The position numbers and the translations under genes were made by a program. Positions 1-15,914 of a DNA stretch of 64,000 nt are shown in pieces. The notes beneath the pieces were generated by a model. It worked only from the letters and a program-made list of their open reading frames with translations. It was not told where the DNA came from and ran no database searches. The stretch is taken from the NCBI GenBank assembly GCA_964016885.1, contig OZ024752.1:3906001-3970000 (forward strand). The letters are read 5' to 3'. Origin of the DNA: Eledone cirrhosa. Lineage: Eukaryota. Within the stretch, counting starts at the first letter, position 1. Each line of letters begins with the position of its first letter.

Positions 1-744
1 TGTATATATTTATGTACTTGTGTTTATATATATGTGTATATATTTATGTGTATATATTTATGTACATGTGTACGTGTTATATGTGTGTATATTTACATAG
101 TCATGTATGTACGTGTGTCTCTGAGTGTATTTATGTACGTGTATATATGTGTGTATTTATGTATAGCGGTTTCTCGTTTAACGTTCGTTAATATATATGT
201 AATTGTTGACTACGATGTTTTGCAAGACTTCAGAACAGATCTGCTTCCCTCAGAGAGTTGAACAGAAAATATATGTTCCAGCCTTGATAATCATGTGTTT
301 CTTACTCTCATTTTCAATGTCTTACCTTCTTTTAAGGCGATGTGAGAGTGATTTAAGGCCAGTGTTGGACTTACCTATAAACTAAATAATCTATAGCCTA
401 GCGTCACACACTCTTGGAGGCCCACATTTAAAAACAAATATTTTTTTCAAATATTATCATTAGCTTTTATTCTTTAAACCTTTAGCATTTATATTACCAT
501 TGTATTTTTGCGGTAAAGCCGTTATCTTACATAATTATCTCACATAATATCGATTCTACGATATTTTATGATATTATTCATTTTGAGAACAATAACTTAG
601 CGCTGGTATAAGTGGCCAGCTGTGGCTGGTTTGAATAGAAAGAGCTGAGAGAATTCTGGCTGGATATGACTGGTTTAAATGCTAAAGAGTTAACACTAAA
701 TCACCAAAAAATATGTGTCTGTATATATATATATATATATATAT

Positions 745-1114
745 ATAAATGTAATCTGAGTTTTTCGAATATTAATAATAACATTCGATTCGTTTGCAAT
801 TTTGCAAACAAGCTTCAATTTTATAGCCATGTCAGGAGAATGAACACTTCATTCTTGCTCTCATGTTGGCATGCGAACAGAACAACAGATATTAATGTTT
901 CTGGGCATCACTCTTCATCAGTACAGCTCACTGTTCACCTGCCAAACTCTCAGAGGTAGTGAAAATATATGCTATTTTCAAAAGTACACAGTGACTGATT
1001 GGCCTGATTTGCATATTAGCAGACTGGCTGCATATTAGCAGTTCCACTGATCAGCAAAATTGCAAACGAATCGAACGTTATTATTAATATTCGAAAACCT
1101 CAGATTACATTTAT
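745..1114. mobile_element. Non-coding element with ~70-bp inverted ends (family C, PLE-derived or MITE-like)
   Basis: 745-805 is the reverse complement of 1054-1114. The ends resemble those at 19126-19173. Contains a decayed HHR on the minus strand and an ATTTGCAT motif. Confidence 0.6.
882..927 (-). ncRNA. Degenerate minimal hammerhead ribozyme
   Basis: CTGATGA-AGAGTGATGCCCA-GAAA-CATTAATA-TC. Core boxes are intact but stems I and II pair poorly. Confidence 0.4.
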
Positions 1115-1162
1115 TGTATTCAGCCATGTAGAGCGAAATTTTCTTACACATATATATATATA

Positions 1163-1980
1163 ATCTGTAAACTAAGCCCCATATTAACGGTAAAACTAGA
1201 AATGTAGTATATAGCATAAGATGTACGGAAGGACAATGTAGAGATAACACTATAGTGTACATAGGTGAGACAGCTCGTAGTATAGGGGAACGGATAAATG
1301 AACACTGGCGAGAGCTTCAAGATAGTAAAGAATCATCTGTACTCCACCAACATGCTAAAATAGAACATAAGGGTAAATTAGAGAACATAGAAATAAAAAT
1401 AGAATCTACACACAGAAAAGACGCAATGTTTAGACAAATCACAGAGGCAATAAACATAAATGAACTCCAACCAAAATTAAATAGAAAACATGAATGGAAC
1501 AGCAACATCACAACTTACAATTAAGGACAAAATGAAAACACACACACATAGAACAAACAACCGACCAGTAATATGTAAATAAACAAATAAATAAACAAAT
1601 ATAAACACACAAAGACACCCGGATGTAACACATGTGCAAACTAAGCACACAACACACACAAAAACAAGATGGCGTAGGACAGAACAAAGGCGAGGCACAA
1701 ACACAAAGAAAATAATCCCCAGTCACTGAAGAGGTCACAGAATGTGTGAAGAAAGAACTTTGACAATATATGAACAATCGTCTGGTTGTGGAACCAACCA
1801 GCCAACCGGAAATTTATAAATTCCGAAATTTATAAATTTAATTTATAATAAATTGAAGTGGAAGCAACTGGTGTGTGTGTTTCTTATTGGCAACATGACC
1901 CTCCTAAAGTATAACAATATCGGTTTCAACACACGTTTTCAGATAAAGAATCTTGCTAAACAAATTCAGAAACGAAATAT
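1163..1980 (+). mobile_element. 5'-truncated Penelope-like retroelement (GIY-YIG C-terminus plus 3' UTR/pLTR)
   Basis: Frame reads TRNVVYSIRCTEGQC..IVYIGETARSIGERINEH..SVLHQH..RQITEAININELQPKLN, stop at 1524. 3' UTR carries an HHR and recurs at 34262-34739. TA repeats on both sides. Confidence 0.9.
1722..1764 (+). ncRNA. Minimal type I hammerhead ribozyme in PLE 3' UTR
   Basis: GTCA-CTGAAGA-GGTCACAGAATGTGTGAA-GAAA-GAAC-TT/TGAC. Stem I is GTCA/TGAC. Confidence 0.7.
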
Positions 1981-2689
1981 ATATGTATTCTTTATCATTA
2001 ACATTATTGCAAAGAACAATATTTTGTTAGAGAATTACCTCAAATTTCCTATAGTTTAGGGTCGCAGCAGGTGAAAGTCCGGCAGTGTTTAAGGGGGATT
2101 TAGCTGCTATTTCTAACAGTGCAAGCGAACACGTGGAGTAATTCTGTCGTTACTATATGTGTATATTGCGGATATCATACGTCCGGTCTCACGACCCCAA
2201 ACCCCAACCCCCACTGTTACCAACACACATTCTCATCCATCAAGAAATTCAAATGGTTTGTTCATCGTTCCGCTCCAACAATTCCACTTAAGTAGCAGAT
2301 CACTCATCAGAAGATACAAGGTTTCAAGCAAGATGCCTGCAGCGTTCCAGCCTTCATTTTATTCTGTTGTTTTTTATTGTTTGACGAAGGTTCTTTTGTT
2401 TATATGTGTGTATCTTTCTATGTGCATATGTATGTATACAAACATAAGGGTATGTGTGTAGTTGTGCGCGTATGTGTCTATGTACATAAGTGTGTGTGTG
2501 TGTGTATGTATGTGTGGGTGCATGCGGGCGCATGTATGTACATAAGTGTATATGTATGCATATAGATAAGTGAGTGTGTGTGTGTGTGTGCATGCGTGCG
2601 TACATGCTGGGATGAGTCGGACACATTCGCTATTAGTTGCTGATTGACCCTACCACCATATGAAGCTCGCAACTATATCTTCCACGTAA

Positions 2690-2905
2690 CATCGTCCACG
2701 TAAATATCATCATCATCGTTAACACTATCATCATCATCATCATCATCATCGTTAACACTATCATCATCATAATCATCGTTAACAATATCATCATCATCAT
2801 CGTTAACGCTATCATCATCGTCATCATCATCATCATCATAACCATCGTTAACACTATCATCATCATAATCATCGTTAACAATATCATCATCATCATCATC
2901 ATCAA
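2690..2905. repeat. (ATC)n-derived minisatellite punctuated by CGTTAAC
   Basis: Recurring unit (ATC)n-GTTAAC-(ACT/AAT/GCT), about 6 times. Confidence 0.85.
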
Positions 2906-3289
2906 CATGACCGACGACAACGTAATTGACAATGCTATCGACGACAGAACCAGTAAAGGAACAACTGTGTGGTTGATGGAGCTGCTAGAAAAAGCAGCCA
3001 CATTTCTCAAAAGTAATCTTATATTTCCAGAAAAGTACATTGTTTTTCATTGCTGCACTAATTATGTGATTATGAACGACGTGATCGATTAAATGTTTTG
3101 GGTTATTGATTTACACAATCAATAACATTATAGAACCTGAAGCAATGAAGGCGTCTGCCTTTATCTGGTCGCTCGATCTACTACAAATAACAGCCAACTC
3201 TCCCTCAAAATACACACTACCTTCTTGGAAATCAAAGAACACGTTAAATAATGTTGTCCTAGATATACAATGCCTGACATAAAATATGC

Positions 3290-3472
3290 GACTACTACTA
3301 CTAGTAGTACTACTACAAGCGCCACTACTGCTTCCGCCACTACCAATACTACAAGTAGCACCACTACTACTTCTGCCGCTACTACCACTACCAATACAAC
3401 AAGCACCACCACAACTGCTTCCACCTCTACCAATACTAGAAGTATCACCACTACTGCTACCACCGCTACTAT

Positions 3473-3534
<62 letters not shown>

Positions 3535-3535
3535 A
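3290..3535. repeat. (CTA)n and degenerate trinucleotide tract
   Basis: Directly visible; source of the poly-T/S/L/V ORFs. Confidence 0.95.
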
Positions 3536-4611
3536 CGCTCCCCTTAAACATATTTATTTCAGAAACATGTTTAAATAAAAAAAGAGAAAACCATGAAAAC
3601 TTAGTTTCCCTAGATATAGCGTATGAAATTGAAACCGCATTCTAAAATAAGAGAAATTATCCTAGTGTTTCTTATCAAAATTGAATACTATATAAAGAAG
3701 TTTTATTTAGTGACCCTCAACTAATTCTTTCTATTGTCGGTGTCTTATCATTTTCTTTTGATCTGAACTCTGAAACTCTAAACCATCAAAGAAAATCAAT
3801 AGTGAAAAATCAAAGTGAAATCTAAATTTACTTTGTTCTTCCTCAGTCAGCTGCACATTTTGATATCTAAAGCTTCTGTAATTTGTAGAAAACGTACAAA
3901 TGATGATCGCTGTTAATGCTACCAACAACGTTTGACTAAGATGTGATATCTAAAAACATTTCCTAACTAATGAAATGTCAATAAGAGGGTGAAAATGTGT
4001 AATGAAAGTACTGTGAACTAAATAATGAACAGTTTTGACGTGAAACATAAACCACTTCAGTTAGTATGACGTAAATGATGATTCGTTCTTTTACTCTCAC
4101 ATCAAGCTTACTTAACTAAATAGTGGCACGTAATAAACACAATACAAACTCTAGTTAATGCTGTATTGATATTAGTGAATCTAGTCAAATAAAAAGGGGA
4201 AAAATTTGTTTCGAACCTGATTTGAACATAGAAACGTGATACAAAACTAAGCTTAATAGCTATTCCCGGCCATGCGTTATGTTCTAGAACATGACACTTT
4301 ATATCACGTTGTTCCAGTTCACTCAGCAGGCAAAAGTTCGAAGGACCAGCCTCATCACATTCTGTATCATGCTGAATCTACCTGAAAACTACATTAAGGA
4401 GTTTGTGGAATGCTAAGCCTCTTGCATGTTAATTTCACAAATAGGCTGTTCCCTTGATCGTATGGACTGGAACACTCTTCGACGTAACCGACGGAGTGCC
4501 ATTAAAGTCATTCACTCATTTTTATTTATTTTAATCACTGTAGAAATTGTTGTTCATAGTATATGCATAAATCCAACACGTTGGGGTGTTTAAATGGTTA
4601 ATATTATTTTA

Positions 4612-4975
4612 TTAACCTCATCACACACCATGCTTTGCAGCATAGTTATGGCCCTTTACGTTCTGAGTTCAAATCCCACCGTGGTTAGCTTTGCTTTGAT
4701 CCTTCCGAGATTGATAAGATAAAGCACCAGTAACGCACTGGGGTCGATTTAATCGAATTTCCCCTCCCCTCAAATTGCTGTCCTTGTGCCTGTGGTAGAA
4801 ATCATCGGTAGAGGGTCTGACGCCATGCTTTGCAGCAAAGAGTTACGGCCCTTTATGGTCTGATTTCAAATCCCGCCGAGGTTAACTTTGTCTTTCATCC
4901 TTACGGTGTCGTTAAAATAAAGTACCAGTAATACACTGGGATAATTGCTGGCCTTGTGCCTATAGTAGAAATCAT
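4612..4975 (+). mobile_element. Two tandem copies of the dominant tRNA-derived SINE
   Basis: B-box-like GAGTTCAAATCCC followed by GAGGTTAACTTTG.CTTTCATCC..GTCG.TAAAATAAAGTACCAG and the tail AATTGCTGGCCTTGTGCCTATAGTAGAAA. Confidence 0.85.
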
Positions 4976-5539
4976 TATTTTATCAACTTATTTTATCGTA
5001 GAGAAAGCAATCATAACATTGACAATTCAGAATAGAAATGACCTTAAGTAAATACAAGGAATTTTCTCCAATACTTAAATGATTCTAACGTGAAATAATG
5101 GTTTCGTGAGAGAGAAAAGTTAACTGGTATTTTATTTTATCGACCCTGAAGAATGAAAGACAAATTCGAACTCAACTGTCTAGATTTTCATAAATTATTC
5201 ACTCTTATGTTCAAATCCAACATGGATATATTTTGGCATGTTGATAGATTTGATTAGGACGAGTGAAGAAACTGAATATATCTTCATGGTCCTTCTTGCT
5301 TCAACTCTTTAAGATAAAATTCCATTTACTCTCAGTGTCTCTCTATCTCAGTAGTATTTGACTATTATTTTATTTTATTGAACTTGGGAAGACGAGAGAC
5401 AACGTTGAACTCAGTTTGGAAATATCGCAAAATAGAACAAAAAGGAACTAAGTTGTAGTTATAGCTGTTGCTACAGTGCTGCTACTGTTACTGCTACCCT
5501 TGTTATTGATGTTGTTATCATTTTTGCTGCTGTTTAAAG

Positions 5540-5745
5540 AGTGGTGGATTGGCAGTATTGGTAAAGCGTCATACACCATGCTTTGCAGCATAGTTATGGC
5601 CCTTTACGTTCTGAGTTCAAATGCCGCCGAGGTTAGCTTTTCATCCTTATGAGGTCGATAAAATAAAGAACCAGTAATATACTGAATCAAATTAATCTAC
5701 TTTCCCCTCCCCCAAATTGTTGGCGTTCTGCCTATTGTAGAAACC
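5540..5745 (+). mobile_element. Full-length copy of the dominant SINE
   Basis: A-box-like TGGCAGTATTGGTA, B-box GAGTTCAAAT, same core and tail. Confidence 0.85.
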
Positions 5746-6387
5746 GTTATTGTTGCTGTTCAACCGCAGGTAAGCTCTGATCCCCCAGACATTTTATCAA
5801 AGATATTCTAGCCCCGAGGAACTTAATTAGAAATAGGTTTTATAAATACAAAAAGAATACAAAATTTAACGTAAATACCTTAACTGGTAGTTTCTTCCTC
5901 CAACTAAGAAGAGAATTAGAATGAATTAGATTTTTGCATATTCAGTACATTAGCTTTTAATTTAATTAACCAAATTCAAGTCATTGACCTAGTTGAGTTA
6001 TTTCCTTTATCAAACATTATTTTATTACTTTACCTTTATGTCATTTATGGTACTACGGCACACTACGACACCACTTTCAATGATTCAATAGATCATATCT
6101 ACACTAGTACTTATTTCAATCTGACACTGATATTATTGAGTGACTAAGTATTTACAAAATGGAGCAGGAGTATGTATTCCTTTCACTGTTGGAAATAAAC
6201 AAAACTGAAATGAAATCAAAGTAATCAATCAATTGATTGACCTAAAATCGAAGCAGTTTAGGTAAATAAATGCAGTAAATATAATTAATAGAACGACCGT
6301 ATATATATACATACATATATATATATATGTGTGTGTATATATGTATGCATATATGTATTTATGTATGCATATATGTATATATGTATG

Positions 6388-6466
<79 letters not shown>

Positions 6467-6647
6467 ATATATATGCTTAAATAGAATCAGCACATTCTTT
6501 TGAAAATCTGAAATATTATCGCCATCACCAGCACCGTCACCATCATCATTACCATCATCAAAACTATACTAACAATAACAATATGCAAATCCAATAACGA
6601 AAGCTTTCAAGACGAATATTAATTGAACGAAAATAATCTATCTTTTG

Positions 6648-6684
<37 letters not shown>

Positions 6685-9600
6685 TGATAATGATATCCGC
6701 TGTTATGGTAACGGTGACGGTAGTAAACTCAGCATCAAATATAAAAAGTATACAAATGTAATAAGGTCGGTAGTGGTGGGATGTTCGCAAATCAAGAAAT
6801 AATCAAATAAAGTCAATTCTCTAAACAATTAATGATTTGGGTGGAAAATTAAAGACATGAGTGAGAATTAGATAAGGGAGGTAATTAAAAGGAGCTTCTG
6901 TTTATCTTCTTTCATTCAGAAATCTATTCAATTATTACTAGGTTAATTGTGTGTGTCTGTATGTATGAGTACTAACGCTAAATTAATGATCATTAGCATC
7001 ATCATATGCATTGTTGTTTTTGTTATTATTATTATTATTATTAATATTATTAATCGGTATAGTAGTAGTAGTATTTGTTTTAATAGTAATATTAGCAGTA
7101 TTAGTATTATTAGTATTGTATTATTATACTTTGTTTCTAAACAACTACCAATGCATATTTCTCTTCCGTAAATGTTGCTACTGTTTGAGGCATTTCTGGA
7201 GAGTTTTTGGTGAAATATTTAATAACATTTGTGTATATGTTGCCATCTGTTCCCCCGAAAGTAGTGTGTCCCTGAGAATTCGACACCTATGGCCAAAAGT
7301 TGTATCTTAAATATAACTATCCCCCTTTCTGTCTGTTCAGCAAACACCGCTGGCAACCCCTCAGCATCCGCAGAACTGAACGGAATAACCAGTGATGAAA
7401 TTAATTTCTCGTGACGCCAACACTGTCATTACCACTATTATAACCAAACAACAACAATGAATGCAAACAGAATTATAATTTAAAACACAAAACCAAGACA
7501 ATTATTTTAAATAGCTCCAATGAAAACAATCTTGATGACAGAAACGACTACCCTATTACCCACGTGAATAACAAGAACAGTATTTCTTTTGCATCTACAG
7601 TAGCAAAATTAGCAGACCTTTCCGAAATCTTGCTGTTTAACTGGGATCCATATTTGGCAGTCTCTAGAATTGGTCACATGTGAGATTACAAGGACCCAAT
7701 TAATAACTGTATCAGAGTTTCGGGCAGTAATAGCCAGAAAAATGGTATTGTATGTAAAATTGAATGTTGGTAATAACCTGATGCATAGGAGAAAACACAG
7801 ACCTTAATGGAGAGAGCCTTAAAAACATTTAGCCTGGGGATAAAATGTCTCAAATTACCAAGGCAGTTTGCGGCTGTGGTAATTATTAGAAGCGAGGCCC
7901 TCACACAAATACAGTCTATAATCCCTGTTACAACATGATTACATTTATTTTGAGTAATATTTAGGTTGAAGAGCAGGGGTGGGACAGGGATTAAGTTATT
8001 CACCTGTAGGACATCTAAGTTTTACTGGAGGGGAGCAGGGAGGTAAAGAACTCCCCAAGACAACTGGGATTGCATTAGTTCTGCTCAAAATCAAGCTAGA
8101 AAACCTGTAAAAGACCCTAGATGTTATACGTTAGTCAAATAGATGTGATATGTGTGTCGCATTTGAAGGTATAATTTAATTTATATGGTGGCGCCAACCA
8201 CTTAGGAACTTTCTACATCCAACAAAAATAACAGTGAACCGTAGTCCCTCTTCCAACGTTTTTGACAACACTAAGGACCCAACAACAACACCAAAAAGGC
8301 AACAACAAGAAAAGCAGCGTCATGGGCAGCACCAATGAAAACAGGAACAACAGCAGCAACCACATCTAAATCTGTAAGTAGGTTGTTTAAGGCTCTTGCT
8401 TTAATCTCGTTTTTATATAATGTTGTTTCTGTTAATAACGTTTACTGTGTTTCTATTGCAAGCCCTTTGGTTAAAATTGACTGTTAACATATTTAGACTT
8501 GTTTTTCATACATCTCTTCAAAGTTATGAATTTTTCTAAATTGAAAGAATATGGAAGAATATGTGGTTTTTGTTTTAAATTTTCCTACAGGAAGTCTTTG
8601 ATCAATTTGGTTGTCTGGCCATACTGTTTCAGACTAAAATAGATTTATTCTTAGAAAAATATTTTTTCTTATTTGTCTACATACCTGCATCACATGACTA
8701 CGCAGTGTGCCCTCACAAACTAAGAAAAAAATAATGCAGATGTATGTTTAAAGAGACGGAAAAATAACACGCAAATATATTTTGCAGCAAAACAAACACT
8801 TTGAATTTTAAAATAATGATATTTCTAAAGAAAATGCCACTGACGTAAAGGATTCACGACACAGGTTTAGTATCAAAAACAATGATGCTCGAATACAGAC
8901 TGAAATATTCTGTAAACTGTTTATGTCTGGGTATATTAATCCAGCCTTTGCTGCCTACAATATATAAACGATGGATCTGAACCATAGAGGTGAAACAGCA
9001 ACTATTTCGGTATTTAATAAAAACAAGAGGATTTTTCCTGGTGGCCATCATACAAGCACGAGAATGAAGGAAAGAAACATGTTTGTGAATATCCAAATTC
9101 ACACTATCTTTTCATGTGCCCTCAAAAGAGGAATTAGTGTTAGTCTTAGTTCTATATAAGATGCCCCATCAAATATTGACCATGTCTTGCAGACACGGGT
9201 TGGAGTCAAGCTAAGATAGTGAGTCATATATCTGCCAATAAGCTAGTCTGCCACAGAGAAACTGGACTATCACAGTGAAATGTTGGCAGGATGTCAGCGC
9301 TGATATGAGATATAACGATATATGATGGATTGTTGTCTGTAAACATAGACAAATACTGATGTCTCTTTCCATTCCCTGATGATGACAAAGGGAGTACAGA
9401 GTGAATGTCCCGTCATTTGTACAGTAGGCTTCAATAACTTGATGACCTGTCGACGAAAGAAATGCATAGGCAAAAAATCCAGCTGTCTGATATAATGGAG
9501 TGCTAAGTTCAACTGTAGAACTGCAAGTCCATAGCTCTCATGAACGCAGATTTAAATAAATCGGCGTCACAATAGAAATCGTGGTAGTTGCAACATAGTG

Positions 9601-10764
9601 ATAGAATCTGGAGAGGGTAGTCTATGTCGACTAGCATTAGTCGCTTCTATCGCTGGGCTGGCGTTCTGGTTATCGTTTATTTTAAACAAGGAGCTGTTAA
9701 GTGCAACGTTGCCAATCACGACTAGAAACGGACAGAGACGAAGATATATATCACTGAAAGTTTGGAGAGAGATGGGGGCTGGTTGTTCTGAAGCACGTTT
9801 GATGAAAGATGAATGCAAGTGACGAAACTAAAACGGGCGAAAGATTTAGTTCTTGTTTCTGGAGATTGCAGTCGCGAAAGAGCAACAAACCTTATAAAAT
9901 GTTTTGTATGTATGTGTTATGAGCCTGAGGCCATTACAAACAGGATAATTATTATAATTATCATAATTATTATGAAGCGCAACCATGTAATAGAAACAGT
10001 AAATTGTCAGATAAATTGCTTTCAATTTGTGATTAATTATATTTTCATATTCGTAACTTTGTGCCAAAGCTAGAAATCTATAATGTTCTGCTAGTCACGG
10101 CGTTTTTGTATTCATTGTTGTACATTAAACAGCATTAACTATGGAACGAAATCGGGAAAACAATCGAAAGTCTTGAAATAATTATTTCTTATGTAGGCAG
10201 AAATCCAGTAATTTGGTGAGAGAGGAATGTGGATTAAATCGATTCGCGTTCTTAAAAGGGACTTCATTTTGACGACCTGGGAAGGATAAAAACAAAGTTG
10301 ACATCTGCAGGATCAGAACTCATGCGGTTAAGATTTGGAATGAATAATGCCAAATATGGTCGTAATGGTTACGGCGACGGCAGTGGAGGTGGCGTATTCA
10401 GTTTTTTTTCCAGCTCTTTACCTTCTGAATTCAAATCTCACCGAGGTCAGATTTAATTATTATCTTACTGGGGGGGGGGGGGGGTTGAATAAATTAATGT
10501 ACCACTCTAGTACTGAGGTCGATATAAACGACTTTTTCCTCCTACGAAATAGTTGTCCATGTACATAAATTAGAAACCAATATTTTTAAGTTGATGATGA
10601 TAATGATGTTCATGGTGATGAATTTTTGTCCTTGATATTTTCCCCAAGTTTAACCCTTTCTCACCGTGATCATACATTCATTTTTCTGTGTATCTAAGAA
10701 TATATTGTTCCATGTGATTGTTCCTTAAGAAGGAATGGTATGATTCGAAGGCAATTTAGATGCT

Positions 10765-10946
10765 ATAATTGTTTCTACTATTGGCACAAGGCCAGCAAAT
10801 ATTACTGGTACATTATTTTATCGACCCCGTAAGGATGAAAGGCAGAGTTAACTCGGCGGGATTTGAACTCATAATGGAAAGGGCCGTAACTTTATGCGTC
10901 AAAGCATGGCGTCCGACCCTCTACCGATACTGCCAATCCACCGCTC
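10765..10946 (-). mobile_element. Dominant SINE copy
   Basis: Reverse complement of the same consensus. Decayed copies also at ~10190-10330 (-) and ~10410-10580 (+). Confidence 0.85.
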
Positions 10947-13347
10947 TGTGACAGTAAATTATGACTTTATATCTATTTTAATCCAATTCCTGAACATCCG
11001 TCTGTTGCTTTTGCCTCTCTTTTGCCCCAATCATCCCTAACCTTTTACGTATTTTATTTTTCCTTCGGTCTTTGCCTTTATCTATCTGTGTTTGACTTCT
11101 CTCATTTTGTCTTGTTCTTTATAAGTAACAAAGTTGATATACAGTGACCAAAGTTTCGTATCGAAAGTCTTTTATATCCACGCATGTATACTTCAACATT
11201 GCGTGTGTGTGTGTGTCCGTGAAACATATACACCAGATCCTTTGAGCAAAGACGTTCCGCCCTTCTGTGTTCAGACACAGTGTCACTTGAACTACTTTAT
11301 ACGGTGTCTCTTTTATTTTACTTTATTCTACTTTAGATTGTCAGATGAGGGAGATTTAGCTGCGATTTTTATTTCGTTATGTGATCACGTGGAAACTTTG
11401 TTGGTGAATCGTTATTACTTTTGCTATTTCCCCTGGACAAAATATTCCCTAAATGTCCTCTAATTTTGGAGATGTGTTCTTCTTCTGAATACCACTGATT
11501 TCATTGAATTATTATGGTTCCCTTTCATGAAGGATGAATGAAAGAAGTAAATATATTTAATCTCGCTGGACTGGGAGCTGATAAAGCTAAACAGGTTTGA
11601 CCAAGAACGTACATGCAATTATGTTTTTGGATTAAACATAAATCTCACGCGCAAAATATTGATAATTTGAATTTATAAGGCTGCTAATCGACTCAACCCT
11701 CAATTATTTCTTAGAAAACGCAGTTGTTTGTTCCCTGATGACAGTAAATATAAATTGGTGAAAATTATAAATTGAGAGAAGTGGGAATTCTATAATTCTC
11801 TAGTATTTCAACATTCCCCACACGGTTTGCTTCGTCTAAACCAAAGTTGATTGCTTCGTGATTTTAGCAATTCATTTCTATGCAAACAAGAAAAATATAT
11901 CTGTCTATTTTCATAGTTTGATCAAATATATTTTTGTTGACGATGCAAATACGCCATTACGTTCGATATTAGTGTACACATTTACTTACATTGCTGCAAA
12001 TCACTGAAGGGTTGTCTTCAATGTCATACACGCAATATAAGGTTGAGAAGCCAACTCTTCATGGCGATGTTTCATAGCAAAAGTTATAAACGATAAAATT
12101 GAAATAGCTAACAAGATAAGGTCACCTTACTAGAAATATCAACCGAATCTCCTTAAAGATCTTACCTACCAAATTACAAAATAAGGTACACATTAAACAA
12201 TTCATTCTAGGATACGGAATGAAATTCCACCGGTTTCGACGATGAGTGTACCAGTTGTTAGATCAATGGAGCAGCTTTTTCGTAAAATTAACATTAAGTG
12301 TCTGAGCATTCCACACATAATTGCATAATTCTCAAAGCGATACAGCGTGACATTATGTGACAAGATTTCTCCCTTGACTTACGGGTACATTACATACAAC
12401 AGGCTTCCAAGAGGTTTACTGTACCCGGTTTCACTCACATGAGATCGATCATGCAGTGGGATCGAACATTTGACCTAATGATTGCGAAGCTTCTTAAACT
12501 TTTGACCCCGTTGCATACACAATTCAGGTCATAGTAAAGTTGATTACTTGCGAGTTCGTCTCTTTGATTATACGTCTTTAAATTAAGTGTGAAGTAGGAG
12601 TGACTTGCTGCATGTCAGGCTGCTATTTCTGCTCCAAGAACAATCCATTAGCATACTGGTGAGGATCTTTGATGGACCTCCTTCGGCACAGCCACCTGTG
12701 TCATCTTCTTTCCTTTCTACTCTCAATTTGTACCAGCTGGTATACGCCCTTCTTAACATCTTTATAAAACATTTTTATAGGTGCCGTTTCTACCTCCCCT
12801 GCTTCAATCCACCTACTCTCCTACACCTTCTCCCTCTCAACCTCGTTTATGAGGTAACTCCTCCTGTTTTTGCCTCCTAGCACATTCTTCTTACCATCTC
12901 CACTTATTGTGGAAAATATTTCCGCACCTGTGTGGTAGTTTGAGTCGGCAGGTATGTGGAGCTTTTCTTCCAGTCTGTTCTTCATTTTGCCTTTCCTGTT
13001 CTTCATTGCTGCATTTTAGCACTTTTTTATCGGTAGACATCACTTTCCATCACTATCGTCTGCAGAGGTATTGACCGTAAGTCTGGGATACACTTCCTGG
13101 GCATTATCAATCCTTACCTTCTGATTGTAATTCTTCATATACCATCTTCACCCGTCGATCCGAAGGCCTTTCAGCGTTCCAAACTGTTTCCACAGCATAA
13201 TTACTCAAGCATTTGAGAACTGGTAGTCTTTAAGTCACTGTTGTTTTTCATGTCCATCATCCTTTCTGGTCCATGTTTGTATATATATACATGCATTCAT
13301 TCATACGCACATACATACATACATACATACATACATACATACATACA

Positions 13348-13381
<34 letters not shown>

Positions 13382-13802
13382 CATGCATATATACATGCAT
13401 ATATACATACATACGCACATATATATACATACATACATACATTCATACATACATAGATACATTCATTCAATCACACACACATACATTCATTCATTCATAC
13501 GCACATACATACATATTATACAAATCGGTTTAATTGTTTAATCTAATAATATCAATAATTGTTTCTGTCATTGGCACAAAGCCACATATTTGGGTAAAGA
13601 GGAAAGTCTATTGTATCGACTTTACTACTTATAATGAAGGTTATCGACCCCCAAAATGTATGAAAGGTGAAGTTGTTAACTATGAATTATATATTCGAAT
13701 AGACAGCCGATATATGTTTGAAAGAACGGAGTAAGGTCTCTTAAGATTAAATACTCGGAATACTCTTTTCTCCACTGAAATAAAAACGCCTCTTTTGAAC
13801 TA

Positions 13803-13901
<99 letters not shown>

Positions 13902-14039
13902 ACTTTTTCCCGTAAAACCGGCTGTTATTTTTAGCGGCACGTGTATGAGACGCGCGAGGCGCTGTAAAATGTGCGGTTATACCAACACATAGTTCAGTCC
14001 TCTTAGATCTTTTGAAGTGAAAGGTACGAATTTCCTGGA

Positions 14040-14114
14040 TACCTGCAGAAGAACACTGGAATGGTGGCTTTCACTGAATAATTGTTGCGAAACGGATTTA
14101 GATCTGTCTGGGTA
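14040..14114 (+). ncRNA. Hammerhead-like motif with true stem III and variant CAGAAGA core
   Basis: TACCTG-CAGAAGA-(36 nt)-GAAA-CGGAT-TTAG-ATCTG-TC/TGGGTA. Stems I and III pair, stem II is weak. Confidence 0.5.
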
Positions 14115-14371
14115 GCAAACGGCGGTTGCCCAATATAGGTTTGTTATGTTTATTGATTTATTACTTTAAATAGAGACAGGCAAACCATATTGTTTTAAAT
14201 TACTATTTTTTCAACCTAGCTAACTTGGTCATTTGCAATTGGAACACATGTATTCTTGTATCGGTGTTCATCCCTCTCATATATTCATTTGTATTTCACG
14301 GCTCGGAAAGATTCCCTTCCTTGAGCTATTTAATTGTAATAGACTATTTTGAGTTTCTAACTCAATATATG

Positions 14372-14440
<69 letters not shown>

Positions 14441-14443
<3 letters not shown>

Positions 14444-14780
14444 GATATTAAACAAATGGAAACTATATTTATAAAACCATATTTATTTCATTATACATAT
14501 TTCAGGGATACCATATTAAAAATATGGCATGCCTTCTTCAGATAAAATACAATATATAAGCAGTTTTATAAATAAATTTGACGTACCATAGAATTTTGAA
14601 CAACTTCCATATTTTTAATATGGTATCCCTGAAATATGTATAATGAAATAAATATGGTTTTATAAATATAGTTTCCATTTGTTTAATATCGTATATCTAC
14701 TCCAAAACTTGTTGAGTGCTTTATATCAGTTATAAAATATTTACTCGTTGTAACCCAACAATTTTAAATAAAACTTTTGA
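14441..14780. mobile_element. Family A non-coding HHR element with inverted duplication
   Basis: 14441-14527 is inverted at 14608-14695. Homologous to 33143-33345, 53036-53317 and 25900-25990. Flanked by (TA)n. Confidence 0.8.
14486..14547 (-). ncRNA. Minimal type I hammerhead ribozyme (family A)
   Basis: TTTTAT-CTGAAGA-AGGCATGCCATATT/AATATGGTATCCCT-GAAA-TATGTA-TA/ATGAAA, followed by AATAAA. Confidence 0.8.
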
Positions 14781-14895
14781 TATATATATATATATATATA
14801 TAGGAACGAGTAGGACCCCGACGGCTGAGCTCAAGCCGTTTCGACGGCTAATTGGTGCGTTATGGTTCACCTGGTTCCTTACCACGTTTCCTCCG

Positions 14896-15914
<1,019 letters not shown>

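Noticed and set aside
2633-3645. Poly-M/S/T/L/V ORFs, and all YI/HT/CV/RE-repeat ORFs elsewhere
   Set aside because: Translations of microsatellites, not genes.
11731-11780. CTGATGA...GAAA motif
   Set aside because: Stem II is out of register, stem I is poor and there is no second copy.
12640-13275. TE coding fragment on the minus strand
   Set aside because: Strand-biased composition suggests it, but no recognisable domain motif.
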